Origin: Candidatus Hydrogenedentota bacterium
GTDB taxonomy: Bacteria; Hydrogenedentota; Hydrogenedentia; Hydrogenedentales; SLHB01
Assembly (NCBI GenBank): GCA_963674865.2
Contig: CAXXYE010000009.1
Location: forward strand, 1,920,001-1,984,000
Direction of reading: 5' to 3'
DNA length: 64,000 nt
This document shows, piece by piece, positions 29,681 to 39,842 of the stretch; positions within the stretch are counted from its first letter, which is position 1; every line of letters begins with the position of its first letter. Under the pieces are notes generated by a model. That model made no database searches. It was not told where the DNA came from and saw only the letters and a list, made by a program, of their open reading frames with translations. A program made the translations under genes and the position numbers.

Positions 29681-29965
29681 TCATTCCACCGCCGCAATGC
29701 GGCTTTTCACTACAAACGCGTCGAGGCTCTTCTTCAAGAATCGCATCGGCGCTCGTTCGCCGTCGCCGAAGCGCGAGTACATAATCCGGTTCTGGCGAGC
29801 CCACTTGTACAGCGTATCCGGATGGGCCTTAAGATACTCGGCCGCCTCTTCCCGCGTCAAAGGCTGTTCTGCCGCGCCGCCATTTCCCCCGCCGTCATGA
29901 TTTCTATCGGGACTCGTCCCACATCGCCACGATGTGTATGTCGCCCATTGCCCAGTCAAACTCAT
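29681..29965 (-). CDS. Excisionase-like HTH_17 DNA-binding protein
   Basis: 'PLTREEAAEYLKAHPDTLYKWARQNRI...MRFLKKSLDAFV'; start uncertain. Confidence 0.75.
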   Translation of the reverse strand: MSLTGQWATYTSWRCGTSPDRNHDGGGNGGAAEQPLTREEAAEYLKAHPDTLYKWARQNRIMYSRFGDGERAPMRFLKKSLDAFVVKSRIAAVE

Positions 29966-30063
29966 GCGGCCGTTATCGTACCGCCGGAGCTGGACTTCGA
30001 GTGAATGGGCGGAGTATCTACGGCGAGAAGGCTCTCGGTGGTGTGGCCAGTTGGAGGGTGAAA

Positions 30064-30110
30064 TGGTGGGCGGTACTGGACTCGAACCAGTGACCCCCTG
30101 CGTGTAAAGC
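30064..30110 (-). pseudogene. tRNA-Val(TAC) 3'-half fragment (att site), copy 2
   Basis: Minus strand reads GC TTTACAC GCAGG GGGTC ACTGG TTCGAGT CCAGT ACCGCCC ACCA; upstream DNA is not tRNA-like. Confidence 0.85.
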
Positions 30111-30724
30111 ATTTAGGTGGCAGTAGTCACGAATCGCCAGGAAACGTAACTTGTTGCCAAATCAAAGACTTGCAGATTCCCTCAACTGTAAGAAAACGCC
30201 GCTAATTGCCGCGTTTTGCCAACACTTGTGACACCCTGTGTTACACCCATGACCGCATGCTTTCTCCGCAGGTGCGCACACACTCACTCGATATCTCGCC
30301 AAGACTGGCACGAGGGAGGGTGGCACGCAAAGTGGCGCATCTCGCAGATCCAGTTGCCCAACAAGGGCGGCAGGCGCAAAGCAGGGGGCGGGGACTATCA
30401 CCGTCGCACCACACCATGTGTTTTGGCGTCTTCGAGCTGATCCGACGCTGGAGAAAGACATGTTATGCAAGTGCTCCTCTTCCACTTATTGTTCTGGCCC
30501 TGCGACAGTTCCCTTTCGTCAATGGTACACCCAATGCCAATCAACCTGTGTCGCTATGATTGTGGTAATGCCAGTAGCAAACTCAAGAGTTCTTGTACGA
30601 ACACCGCATCCTGATGATACAGTACTCGCTTGCGAGGCTACCATGTTCAAGGAACTGGACTCGCCATACTCCGGCGGGCCGTAACTTCGAACCAGTACAG
30701 CGTGAACCAAGACTGGAGATAGCT

Positions 30725-31681
30725 ATGAGGCCAACATGCGGAACAGCGCTGTCCTGCCTTTTAGGCAAGTGTACAATTTCCTGCACAGACTTTGCAGGGG
30801 CAACGCCAATCGAAATTGAGATGGTAAAAGTCCGAGAAGGCTTCGCCGCCATACGCAATAGCGAGCATGCCGGAAACCACATCGGCTATCGGTTCTTTGA
30901 ACATACGCCCATGATCTACGGCGATGTGCCGCTCAGCGCGCAGGAGGCTGGATTCGATCCTGAACAGACCGCGAGTTTGGAGGAGGAATACGCCAGCGAT
31001 CCTGACACATTCATCTACGAGCAACTCATTGAGGAGGACGCGCACTGGAGAAAGCAGCGCTGGCGCTTCTACATGAAGCCCGTGGAAGATGGCGTCAAAA
31101 CATGCTTAGTTGTTGAGACTTTTGGCGAGGGGTTGCCGGCCTACTACGGCGTGCAGCAGTGTTTTCGCATGAGTGGAGAGGGCAACATCGGTTGGCGCAA
31201 GGAAGTAGCCTGCACGCCCGCGTTCAGCGAATATGACTTGTGGGAGAAGGAAGGGGTGCCACGGACCAGCCTCACGTATGTTCTTCGCGATGGCGTGTGG
31301 CAGAGCCTCCCTGCCGGCAGGGAAACGGTCGGAGCCAGAACACCCTCCGGTCTGGCCGTTGATCTCTTGCGCACAAATGGAACGCTGCAGGAACGGGTGG
31401 GGCCTTACGACGCGAAGATGCTGGAACCGATTGACTGCCCACTGATTGCCCGGACGGATGAAAAAAGCGAATGGGTGTGTGGAATCTACTGGGAACGCAC
31501 CTCGCACGTGACAAATCATCATCCGGCAGACTGTCTGCATGCCGTCGTCAATATCGGCAATATCCCGCCCTTGTCTAAGCGGGCTTTCCGCGGCAAGATC
31601 TACTGGTTTGAGGGGAGCAAGGAAACGCTCGCGGAGCATTACGCGTCTGATTTCCAATCCCGGGATTCTCTGCGCGGATAG
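30725..31681 (+). CDS. Hypothetical protein, homologous to an internal domain of the 1417-aa protein at 39843-44096
   Basis: Long ORF; shares motifs with that domain (see findings); start uncertain. Confidence 0.7.
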   Translation: MRPTCGTALSCLLGKCTISCTDFAGATPIEIEMVKVREGFAAIRNSEHAGNHIGYRFFEHTPMIYGDVPLSAQEAGFDPEQTASLEEEYASDPDTFIYEQLIEEDAHWRKQRWRFYMKPVEDGVKTCLVVETFGEGLPAYYGVQQCFRMSGEGNIGWRKEVACTPAFSEYDLWEKEGVPRTSLTYVLRDGVWQSLPAGRETVGARTPSGLAVDLLRTNGTLQERVGPYDAKMLEPIDCPLIARTDEKSEWVCGIYWERTSHVTNHHPADCLHAVVNIGNIPPLSKRAFRGKIYWFEGSKETLAEHYASDFQSRDSLRG

Positions 31682-31941
31682 TGACATCAACAAGGACTCC
31701 TACGGCGCCAGCTCGCCGTCTCGAATGGACGCAATGAACGGGGAGCTGAAGAGCGGGGACATTCTGGCCAAAGAGAAGTCTGTAGAAAGGAAGTCGTTCT
31801 AAGACAGCGAGAACGAGTGTGCCCCCAGAAAGCTGGTCCCTCTTTACTTTCGGCCCGGGTCTCGCCGCCTTCGTTCAGTGCTCGCGAGGACTATTTGCCA
31901 TTCGGCGGCACTGTCCCTACCCAAACGCATTGATTGGAGCA

Positions 31942-33687
31942 TCAACGGAAGTACCAACTCCCCATGCTCAGGGGTTCTTCAAACCCATCCAGGACCGAGC
32001 GCCAACTGCTGAGCGCTTTTTCTTGGCCGTAGCACCGCCCCACGTTGCCGCGAACCCGCAGTCTCGGGGAGAGTCCGGAGATTTGGAAGGCCTGCCAGGA
32101 CAGGAAGACTTCCGCGGTCCATGCGGCCGCGCCGGCTCTCGAGGCCCCCTGGCACGATTCCTCGGAGGCGTTCTCGATGGCAACGGTCCTGTCGGGCGTC
32201 AACGCGACGCAGCACAGTTCATCCCGGTATCCCAGAGGTTTGAAAGACACTTGAAGCCGCTCTCCGGGAGCAGCTTGACCTCCCGAGGGATACAGACATC
32301 GGGCGCCCACATAGATTCCATGGTCATCGTAGAGCAACCGCACTTCCGTTTGCGCCGTAACAGGCGCGGGATGGTTGACGGGGGGAACAAAGGGCTCGAG
32401 CGCCACGCCGTCGCCCCACACCGCATCATCCAGGACGCCGTCCACGCGAGGCGCCGCGACCGATTCCGGCAAGCGGGGAATCCATGCGCTTCGTTTCACC
32501 ATTATGCCATCCTCTTGGGCCGCTTCCCTCCGGTCTCCGGCGGCCGCAAGGGCCGGTGCCATATCGAACGACAAGGTTTCCCCGGCATCCACCGCACGCC
32601 GCGCATTGTGCAAGGCTTGTTCGGCCCCGGCAGGGATGTTCTCGTCCTTCCACCAGTCCATGGCCTCGCTGTAGCACCACACGTAGGTGTCAGAAGTGAA
32701 TAGCGCCCAGTAGGCGTTGTGCTCAAACCACAGGGTTTGATCCTCCGGCGCCAAGAAGGCTCCAAGGGACTGGTTCTTCCGCAGGTCGTAGTAGTAGTCC
32801 ATATAGAGGGCTTGCCCCATGCGGACTCTTTCCCGATAGAGACGCCAATACTCAGGCCCCACCAGGTAGCGGGCGCGCTGGGTCGTCGTGTGGTACGACT
32901 CGAAATAGGGTTGCGCCTCCGTATAGTAGTAGGCGCTTTCATTGCCGTCGATGAATCTTGTGTTGGGGGAAGAGGCTTTCAGCATGCCCTCAAGAAAAGG
33001 AGCGAGCAAGCCGTAGCGGTGCCGGGAAAGCCGTTCCTGACGAAGCTCGTTGGGCATAGGCAGCAGCAGGTCTCGGAACACGCTATTCAGGAAGAAGGTG
33101 AGCACCTTCGGTGCGGGCAGCTCGCTTTCGATGGCCCGGATAAACTGAGCGCCCCGCTCGCGCGCCATGGCTTGGTATTCCGCGAAGGTCCTGTCTTTCC
33201 TATGCACGGCTTTGAGGTAGCTCCACGGCGTAGTCCCATAGGGCTCGGGGTCAAAACACACGCCGACACAGCCCGCGAGACGGGCGACGTGGGCCATCTG
33301 CGCGGCCCGGCGGGTGATGTGCTCCCAATGTTCATCCGAAAACCAATCCTGGTCAGAGGCGGACAGCATAAGCACGAAATTGTCCGTGAAGCTGTCCCCG
33401 GACACCCGGGGAGCGACATTCAGATCGTCCTGGAATCGATCCGCAGGGTCGGCTTGCGGCTCGAGCACGTTCTTTCCGCCAGAAAGCTCAAAAATAATTC
33501 CATCAAACGGGCGGGCTTCCATCGCGGCGAGATTATCCGCGACATATTCAAGCGTGGGCACATCCCAGCCATATTCAATGAGCTTCTTTCCGGAAAGCGG
33601 TCCAACCTGGGTATGAACCGCCGGTGAACCTGCCATCACGACCACAAGGACAAGAAAAACACCAAACCAATCAGATTTCATGTTCAT
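31942..33687 (-). CDS. Secreted hypothetical protein with a C-terminal CBM9-like region
   Basis: Signal peptide; 'KKLIEYGWD' and 'FDPEPY'; C-terminal 'APRVDGVLDDAVW...TEVRLLYDDHGIYV' typical of CBM9/DOMON-like modules. Confidence 0.7.
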   Translation of the reverse strand: MNMKSDWFGVFLVLVVVMAGSPAVHTQVGPLSGKKLIEYGWDVPTLEYVADNLAAMEARPFDGIIFELSGGKNVLEPQADPADRFQDDLNVAPRVSGDSFTDNFVLMLSASDQDWFSDEHWEHITRRAAQMAHVARLAGCVGVCFDPEPYGTTPWSYLKAVHRKDRTFAEYQAMARERGAQFIRAIESELPAPKVLTFFLNSVFRDLLLPMPNELRQERLSRHRYGLLAPFLEGMLKASSPNTRFIDGNESAYYYTEAQPYFESYHTTTQRARYLVGPEYWRLYRERVRMGQALYMDYYYDLRKNQSLGAFLAPEDQTLWFEHNAYWALFTSDTYVWCYSEAMDWWKDENIPAGAEQALHNARRAVDAGETLSFDMAPALAAAGDRREAAQEDGIMVKRSAWIPRLPESVAAPRVDGVLDDAVWGDGVALEPFVPPVNHPAPVTAQTEVRLLYDDHGIYVGARCLYPSGGQAAPGERLQVSFKPLGYRDELCCVALTPDRTVAIENASEESCQGASRAGAAAWTAEVFLSWQAFQISGLSPRLRVRGNVGRCYGQEKALSSWRSVLDGFEEPLSMGSWYFR

Positions 33688-33750
33688 ACCTCACCCGCAT
33701 TCCCTTAATGCGAATCTCCTCCTTATTCCTCTCGCCTCTAGCCTAACGTT

Positions 33751-34402
33751 GGGAGACCCCCCGGCTGTGCCGGGGAGGCAGCCGAAGTTTGACAGTTCCA
33801 GGAGTCCATCGACGAAACTCCTAGGCGTGAGCCGCTCAAGCACACGCAAAGGAGTTCATCGATGGACGATTACCAGAGTCTAAGTCACACGAAATGGGAG
33901 TGCAAATACCATGTGGTGTTTATCCCGAAAGGCCGGCGGAAGACGCTGTATAAGGCGCTGCGGGAGCACCTGGGTGAGGTGTTTCGGGAACTTGCGTTGA
34001 GAAAGGAGAGCCGGGTTGAGGAAGGTCACCTGATGCCCGACCATGTGCACATGATGCTGACGATTCCCCCGAAGTACGCCGTATCGCAGGTGGTGGGCTA
34101 CGTCAAAGGGAAGAGCGCGATTCACATTGCTCGGGTCTATAGTGAGCGCAAGCGCAACTTCGTGGGGCAGCACTTCTGGGCACGGGGCTACTTCGTTTCT
34201 ACCTTGGGCCGAGACGAGGAGGTGATACGGGACTACATCAGGCGGCAGGAGCAGGAAGACCGCCGCCTGGACCAGATGGATATGCTACGCTGACAGCCAC
34301 CCGATAAGGGTGGCCCCAACGCGCGAGCGCGCTAGCGCCCAGCGCAGCCGCTTTGAGCGGCTCACACGGTAAAGCCCCCGGCTCTGCCGGGGGATACTTA
34401 CT
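33751..34402 (+). mobile_element. IS200-type insertion sequence (tnpA only)
   Basis: Subterminal hairpins CCCCGGC-TGT-GCCGGGG (33759-33775) and CCCCCGGC-TCT-GCCGGGGG (34375-34393) flank tnpA; ends are approximate. Confidence 0.88.
33862..34293 (+). CDS. tnpA: IS200/IS605 family Y1 (HUH) transposase
   Basis: 'SHTKWECKYHVVFIPK', HUH 'DHVHM', 'KGKS', 'FWARGYFVST' and 'DYIRRQ' with catalytic Tyr. Confidence 0.95.
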   Translation: MDDYQSLSHTKWECKYHVVFIPKGRRKTLYKALREHLGEVFRELALRKESRVEEGHLMPDHVHMMLTIPPKYAVSQVVGYVKGKSAIHIARVYSERKRNFVGQHFWARGYFVSTLGRDEEVIRDYIRRQEQEDRRLDQMDMLR

Positions 34403-36099
34403 GTGCCATGAGTTCCACTTCGATGCTGTTTGGGTCATTCCCTCTCCTGAAGTCGACCGTGTGATTGGCGAAGCGGAAACGAGCGACATTGGGCGGCCCC
34501 AGAAAGGGTTGCAGTTTCGCAGCCACTGCAGGGGTCGCAAAATCGTCGAGGACAAGCCAATCACCCGTCACGGCAACGTCGCCGGCGTGTTTCTCGTAGA
34601 GCCTGCGTGCAATGATGCAGGTGGCGTTACCCTTTGTGACGTGTTCCGCTATTGCCTCGAAAGTTGCCCTGGACAGTGCGTGTCCGCAAACCACGAAACA
34701 CTCGACCGAGTCGAGCACCTCGCCGGTGACGCGATGATCGAACACGGCGACGCTGTCTATCGGGACAAAGAAATCCTGCATCTCCGGATAGGCCCTGCGA
34801 TTGTGGTAGGTAATCGCCCCTGCCTTCACCACGCCATGGGTGAGGATGGGCCAGACTTTGAGCCATTCGGCCGCCGCTACGTCCAGTGGGTGCAGGCGGT
34901 TTCCGAGAAGGCGGTTGCGCGAAGGCGCTTCGCGGCGCCCTTCTGCCGCGTCGAACTGCCCCCAGCCCCCGTCCGGCAAGCGGACGATGGCCACACGCGG
35001 GCGGTAGGTGCGCCAGTCGATGGGACGCGGGTGGTTGGGAACATAGTCCCTGGCAAATTCTCGCAAAACGAGTCCATAGGCCGTCAGTTCGTAGTGGTCC
35101 GGGTCCACCCAATGTATCAGAGAGCCCTCTTCCTCGGCCGCTGGGTGCCGTTTGCGGCTTCTGTCGAAATCGAGATTCTCGACATAAAGGCATTCCGCGC
35201 CGAGCCAATAGCCCATGAGCAAGGCGGACCGCAACGATTCCGGCGGGTGTCCGGGATAACCCATGATTCCCCATAAATCCGGCGATACCCAGAAGCTGGC
35301 GCCGCGGTCGTGGTACTGCAAGGCGGCCCCCAGCGCCACGGAAACCACAACCGCGTTGAGGTGCTCTTTGAGGAGCTTCGGTGCGGCCGTCCACCCGCCG
35401 CGTGCGAAGATGTGGAACAAGTCGGGCCAGACCTGCTCGGTGGTAAGCCGTACACGGTTGCCGTAATGCTCTTTTCGAATTCGGACGCACTCGGCCACAA
35501 GGGCGTCGTAGGCTTGCTCCAAACCCATCCCCGTCGTGTCTACGAGAAAAGGAATATCGCACGTGTCCCGAGGGTAGTCCGAGTACTTGTTGTTGCTGAG
35601 TTGCATGTGGGCGGCCTCGTCATAGACGAGGGCCTCCAGCGCGCGTGGACCGGCCGCGTCCAGGATTGGGTCCAGCCATTCCCGTCGGACAAGCCAGAAG
35701 TGGCGGCCACCTGGCTGGTCGAATTCGTTACGGCCAGGCGTTACCTCGATGGACTTGACGAAGTTCGGCTTTTCGAGGTTCAGCGCGTACCGCTTGCCGT
35801 GGGCCTTCATCCCGCGGTCGATCTCGACCATGCGCTCCGCAATCAGCGGCCCCGTGTCGACTCCTGGCTGTGACCAAGGCATGAGATGCACTACCACGAA
35901 CTCAACACCCAAGTCATGAAGGGCATCGTAGAATGGCTTATGGTTCCAGTAGTGGATCTCGTGGACGCCGCTTAGTGTCGAGCCCGCCGTATCTACGCCG
36001 ACTACCATGGGATATGTCACAGTCTGCGCCGGTGCGGCCCGCAGTTCGCAGAAGAAGCCAACCATTACTACCAAAGAGACCAGAGAACGTTCCTTTCAT
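34398..36099 (-). CDS. Secreted hypothetical glycoside-hydrolase-like protein (probable 1-base frameshift in codon 2)
   Basis: 558-aa ORF from 36074; ATG at 36099 gives the signal peptide MKERSLVSLVVMVGFF if one A of ATGAAAGG is removed; paralogous to 36359-37966. Confidence 0.7.
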
Positions 36100-36358
36100 G
36101 ACTTGATACAGGGCGTGCATGGCCCGGACAGCCGCCTCGATTCCGAGGCCAATAGGGGGCAGACCGTCGGCAACTCTATCTCTTCTGCTATTCAGACTCA
36201 ACTCTTTCGAACGGAATTGCCCTGAAGCTGTGGCCAACATGTAACGGTCCGCCGCGGCACTCCGCACAGACGACGTGATAGTATCGAGCCAATATGAAGA
36301 CTTGCCCTTGGTAGTGTGCATTCGCTGGTTGCCTGCAGAAAGAGCAAGGAGACTGTTG

Positions 36359-37966
36359 ATGATCGTGCTGCTTTCGATTGTCCTCGCGGCGTCGATGGGT
36401 AGCGAAAACCCATCATCGTTCCGCGTCGGGATTGAGCTGCCTTCCGAAGTGCCGGTTACGGAGGCGGTCGAGAACGCTCTGAAGGACATTGGCATCGACT
36501 TCGTGAACTTCTATGTGTCCAATACGCCCGCCCACGACCTTCCGGAGGACGAGACAGCGGTCGCCATGATCGCCCTCTGCGAGCGGCTCGGCCTGGACTT
36601 CGCACTCGCCTGCCACCATCGCGACCCGAGCGAAGCCTCCGTCCGCGCGACTTCCGCAAGTGCGGCACACTTCGAAGGGGTAGTGTTCGATGAATTGGCC
36701 CACATACGTCTGCTGCACCCCGAATTCGCTCCTCCGGACGCTGAAGGACTATTCGCCGACCCGACTGACTTCGGGTCGCTGCAAGAGGCTTGGCAAGCAA
36801 CCCTGGACGGCTTCAGGCGCCTCGCCACCAAGATGCACGGCTACGGAGCACCGCGTGTGGTCGCGACGCACGTCTGGCCGAACCTGTTGCACACGGCGGC
36901 GCGTGCCGGGTTCACGCCTTGTCCCAAGATCTGCAAGGAGTTCTACTCGCCCGTGAGTCTGGCCATCGGCTTGGGCGCGGCCCTGCAGTATGAGCGCGAT
37001 CTGTGGGTCGACTGCGATATGTGGTATTTCCAACTCGTGCCAGGGCACCCGCCCCAAGAGGTCTGGAGCAACCTGCTACTGGCCTACTGGCTCGGCGCTG
37101 ACTTGGTCTATCTTGAGGGGGCAGGATACAACCTGTTTCCTGCCGGCCGCCAAGGCACGCCTTTCTCGCTCGTGAATGTGCACCAGGACAAGCTCTATCA
37201 ACTTACGCCCCATGGCGAGATGCTAAAGCGTTTCTGCCGCGAATACTTGCCCGCCCATCCCCGGCCGTGGACTTTCCGCGACATTCGTCCCGAAGTGGCC
37301 ATCATTCGCTTTGAGGACGGCGATTTCGGACAGAGGTCATGGGGGGTGCCAGGGCTCTACGGGTCGAAGACACTGGTCGGCGATGCCGATACCCGTGCCT
37401 GGTTGAGCCTCTGGAGCGTACTCACTCGAGGGTGTACCGGCGCTGATGGGCTGGCGTATTTCAAGATTGGCGCCAAAGGACCCAAGTATGATTCGCGCCA
37501 CCATGTCGAAGTCACGCCCTCATATGTTACCGACCCGGAAGCTGCCGCGTTCCATTCCTTCTTTGTTCCCCTGAATGGAGTCGTAGTCTTCGACCATCAG
37601 GTGGGGTACGACCGTATCCGCGAGATACCTCTGCTGTTTCTGGCCGGCAAGGAACTCAGCCCGAAAACAGTGGATGCGGTGCGCCGCTGCGTAAAGGATG
37701 GGGCTGTGTGCGTGGCGTGGGGCCCTCTCGCTACACGCTGTGGTCTAGCGGAAAGCTGGGCCAGTGGTGTCGTCGTTGTACCCAGCGGGCTGGGACGATA
37801 CGTGTTTACCGGTGATTTTGCCGCCCCCGAAGCCTTGGCGGAATATGAGGAGTGGATTGCCAAGGAGGACGAGATTCGCTACCGCTTCGCGAGTCACACG
37901 GTCATCCTCCGCCGCGCTGCGTCCGACAACGAAGTGGCGGTGGAAACGCTTGCAAATGACCCCTGA
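36359..37966 (+). CDS. Secreted hypothetical glycoside-hydrolase-like protein
   Basis: Hydrophobic N-terminus; 'VVFDELAH', 'LGAALQY', 'GHPP' and 'YWLGA' shared with the divergent neighbour. Confidence 0.75.
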   Translation: MIVLLSIVLAASMGSENPSSFRVGIELPSEVPVTEAVENALKDIGIDFVNFYVSNTPAHDLPEDETAVAMIALCERLGLDFALACHHRDPSEASVRATSASAAHFEGVVFDELAHIRLLHPEFAPPDAEGLFADPTDFGSLQEAWQATLDGFRRLATKMHGYGAPRVVATHVWPNLLHTAARAGFTPCPKICKEFYSPVSLAIGLGAALQYERDLWVDCDMWYFQLVPGHPPQEVWSNLLLAYWLGADLVYLEGAGYNLFPAGRQGTPFSLVNVHQDKLYQLTPHGEMLKRFCREYLPAHPRPWTFRDIRPEVAIIRFEDGDFGQRSWGVPGLYGSKTLVGDADTRAWLSLWSVLTRGCTGADGLAYFKIGAKGPKYDSRHHVEVTPSYVTDPEAAAFHSFFVPLNGVVVFDHQVGYDRIREIPLLFLAGKELSPKTVDAVRRCVKDGAVCVAWGPLATRCGLAESWASGVVVVPSGLGRYVFTGDFAAPEALAEYEEWIAKEDEIRYRFASHTVILRRAASDNEVAVETLANDP

Positions 37967-38033
37967 CCTATCGCCCAGTGGTGGGAGAAGTAGACTCGGA
38001 ATTGTTCTTGCCCCAAATGGAAGGAGAAAACAC

Positions 38034-39494
38034 ATGGATCGCCGGCAGTTTCTTAAGGCTATGGGCCTAAGCATTGCCACGCTCAGCAGCAGCGCCGCGC
38101 TCGGTGCAAAACCCCCGTCAAACACCAGTTTCCTCTTTATCCTCGCCGATGACCTTGGTTGGACGGACCTCGGGTGCTTCGGTAGCTCCTTCTACGAAAC
38201 GCCCAACCTCGACCTGCTCGCCGCCGAAGGCATGCGGTTCACCAGCGCGTACGCCGCCTGCCCCGTGTGCAGTCCGACCCGGGCTAGCATCATGACGGGC
38301 AAATACCCGGCGCGCCTTGATCTCACGACCTATATCAGTCTCAATCAGGGGAATCAGCCCGAAAACTGGCAACGCAATACGCCGCTGTTGCCGGCGGCCT
38401 ATGAGGACCGGATGCCTCTCGAGGAAGTGACCATGGCCGAGGCCTTCAAGAATCACGGCTATGCGACGTTTTTCGCTGGGAAGTGGCATTTAGGCCCCGA
38501 GGGGTGGTATCCGGAAGATCAGGGGTTCGACGTCAACAAGGGGGGCTATGAATGCGGCGGACCTTACGGGGGCAACAAGTACTTTTCACCCTATGGCAAT
38601 CCGCGGCTCGAAGACGGTCCTGAAGGCGAACACCTCCCGGATCGGCTCGCCTCGGAAACCGTCAAATTCATACGGGAACATAAGGATAAGCCGTTCCTGG
38701 CCTATCTGTCCTTCTATTCGGTCCACACCCCGCTGATGGCGCGCACAGACCTGCAAGCAAAGTACGAGGAGAAACGCCAGCACTGGCCCGAGACGCAGTG
38801 GGGCAAGGAAGGCGAACGCAAGGTACGGGAAGTACAGAATCATGCGGTGTACGCGGCGATGGTCGCCGCATTGGACCAAGCCGTAGGGGAAGTGCTCGAC
38901 GCCCTTCAGGAAACGGGTTTGTACGATAACACGGTGATAATCTTCACGTCAGACAATGGCGGGCTTTCAACTTCGGAGGGGCACCCCACCTCAAACCTGC
39001 CGCTCCGCGCGGGCAAAGGGTGGCTATATGAGGGCGGGATCCGGGAGCCCCTGATCGTAAGGTGTCCGGGCATAACGCCAGAGGGGGCTACGTGCAACAC
39101 ACCCGTCATAAGCACGGATTTCTACCCCACGATGTTGGAATTGGCGGGGTTTCCACCGCTGAAGGTTCAGCACGTAGATGGTGTCAGCTTCGTTTCTCTT
39201 CTGAAGGGGCGCTACGGCCTCGAACGCGAAGCGCTCTACTGGCACTTCCCGCACTACGCCAATCAGGGAGGTAGCCCGGGCGCAGCGGTACGAGCCGGCA
39301 ACTGGAAACTGATCAGGTTTTTTGAAGACAACCATGTCGAGTTGTACAACCTCGAAATGGACGTCTCAGAAGAACATGATCTGTCGGTGGCCATGCCAGA
39401 GAAAGCGCGGGCGTTGGCGGAGATGCTGGACCGCTGGCAGCGAAGCGTCGGTGCGAAATTCCCCAAAGTCAATCCGGGGTACCACATCAAATAG
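38034..39494 (+). CDS. Tat-exported sulfatase (S1, Cys-type)
   Basis: AAGGAG RBS; 'MDRRQFLK' Tat motif; 'ADDLG', 'CSPTRAS', 'GKWHLG', 'SDNGG', 'KGWLYEGGIR'. Confidence 0.95.
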   Translation: MDRRQFLKAMGLSIATLSSSAALGAKPPSNTSFLFILADDLGWTDLGCFGSSFYETPNLDLLAAEGMRFTSAYAACPVCSPTRASIMTGKYPARLDLTTYISLNQGNQPENWQRNTPLLPAAYEDRMPLEEVTMAEAFKNHGYATFFAGKWHLGPEGWYPEDQGFDVNKGGYECGGPYGGNKYFSPYGNPRLEDGPEGEHLPDRLASETVKFIREHKDKPFLAYLSFYSVHTPLMARTDLQAKYEEKRQHWPETQWGKEGERKVREVQNHAVYAAMVAALDQAVGEVLDALQETGLYDNTVIIFTSDNGGLSTSEGHPTSNLPLRAGKGWLYEGGIREPLIVRCPGITPEGATCNTPVISTDFYPTMLELAGFPPLKVQHVDGVSFVSLLKGRYGLEREALYWHFPHYANQGGSPGAAVRAGNWKLIRFFEDNHVELYNLEMDVSEEHDLSVAMPEKARALAEMLDRWQRSVGAKFPKVNPGYHIK

Positions 39495-39842
39495 CGAGAG
39501 CCACAAAGTTATGCGCCAAACCTGTCGCGGTGGCCTTTAGGTTTGGACGCGTCTCGTGGGCTCTTTTAGGAAACGGGAAGAGCACTACTGACCAGGCATC
39601 CCGAAGATCCCTGGAAGCGCTGTCTTTGGCTCAAATCGGTCGAGATTTGGGATGTTTACGGGTGCTGTGAACAACAGATAGAAGGAATTGAACGTTTCCT
39701 GAGTGTTCCGACCTTACGGGACCCACAACGCCGACCTGCCGTGCACATTCCCGAGGAACCGTTCTGTGACCACGCCTCCGCCGCGAAGGTCGTGACAGCG
39801 TAGCCTTGTCCGGAGTTCGTCTCGTTCCTTGGACCCGTTCCC

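Larger units (their letters stand above)
28281..30110. mobile_element. 1.83-kb integrase-less mini genomic island or remnant bounded by tRNA-Val direct repeats
   Basis: 83-bp direct repeats 28198-28280 and 30028-30110; contains an excisionase-like HTH and a visibly more AT-rich orphan CDS. Confidence 0.65.

Noticed and set aside
30305..30340. Two TGGCACG motifs as sigma-54 promoters
   Set aside because: Neither has TTGC at the required -12 spacing.
34294..34400. tnpB/IscB or guide-RNA locus associated with the IS200
   Set aside because: Only ~100 bp separate tnpA from the right-end hairpin, and there is no RuvC-type ORF.
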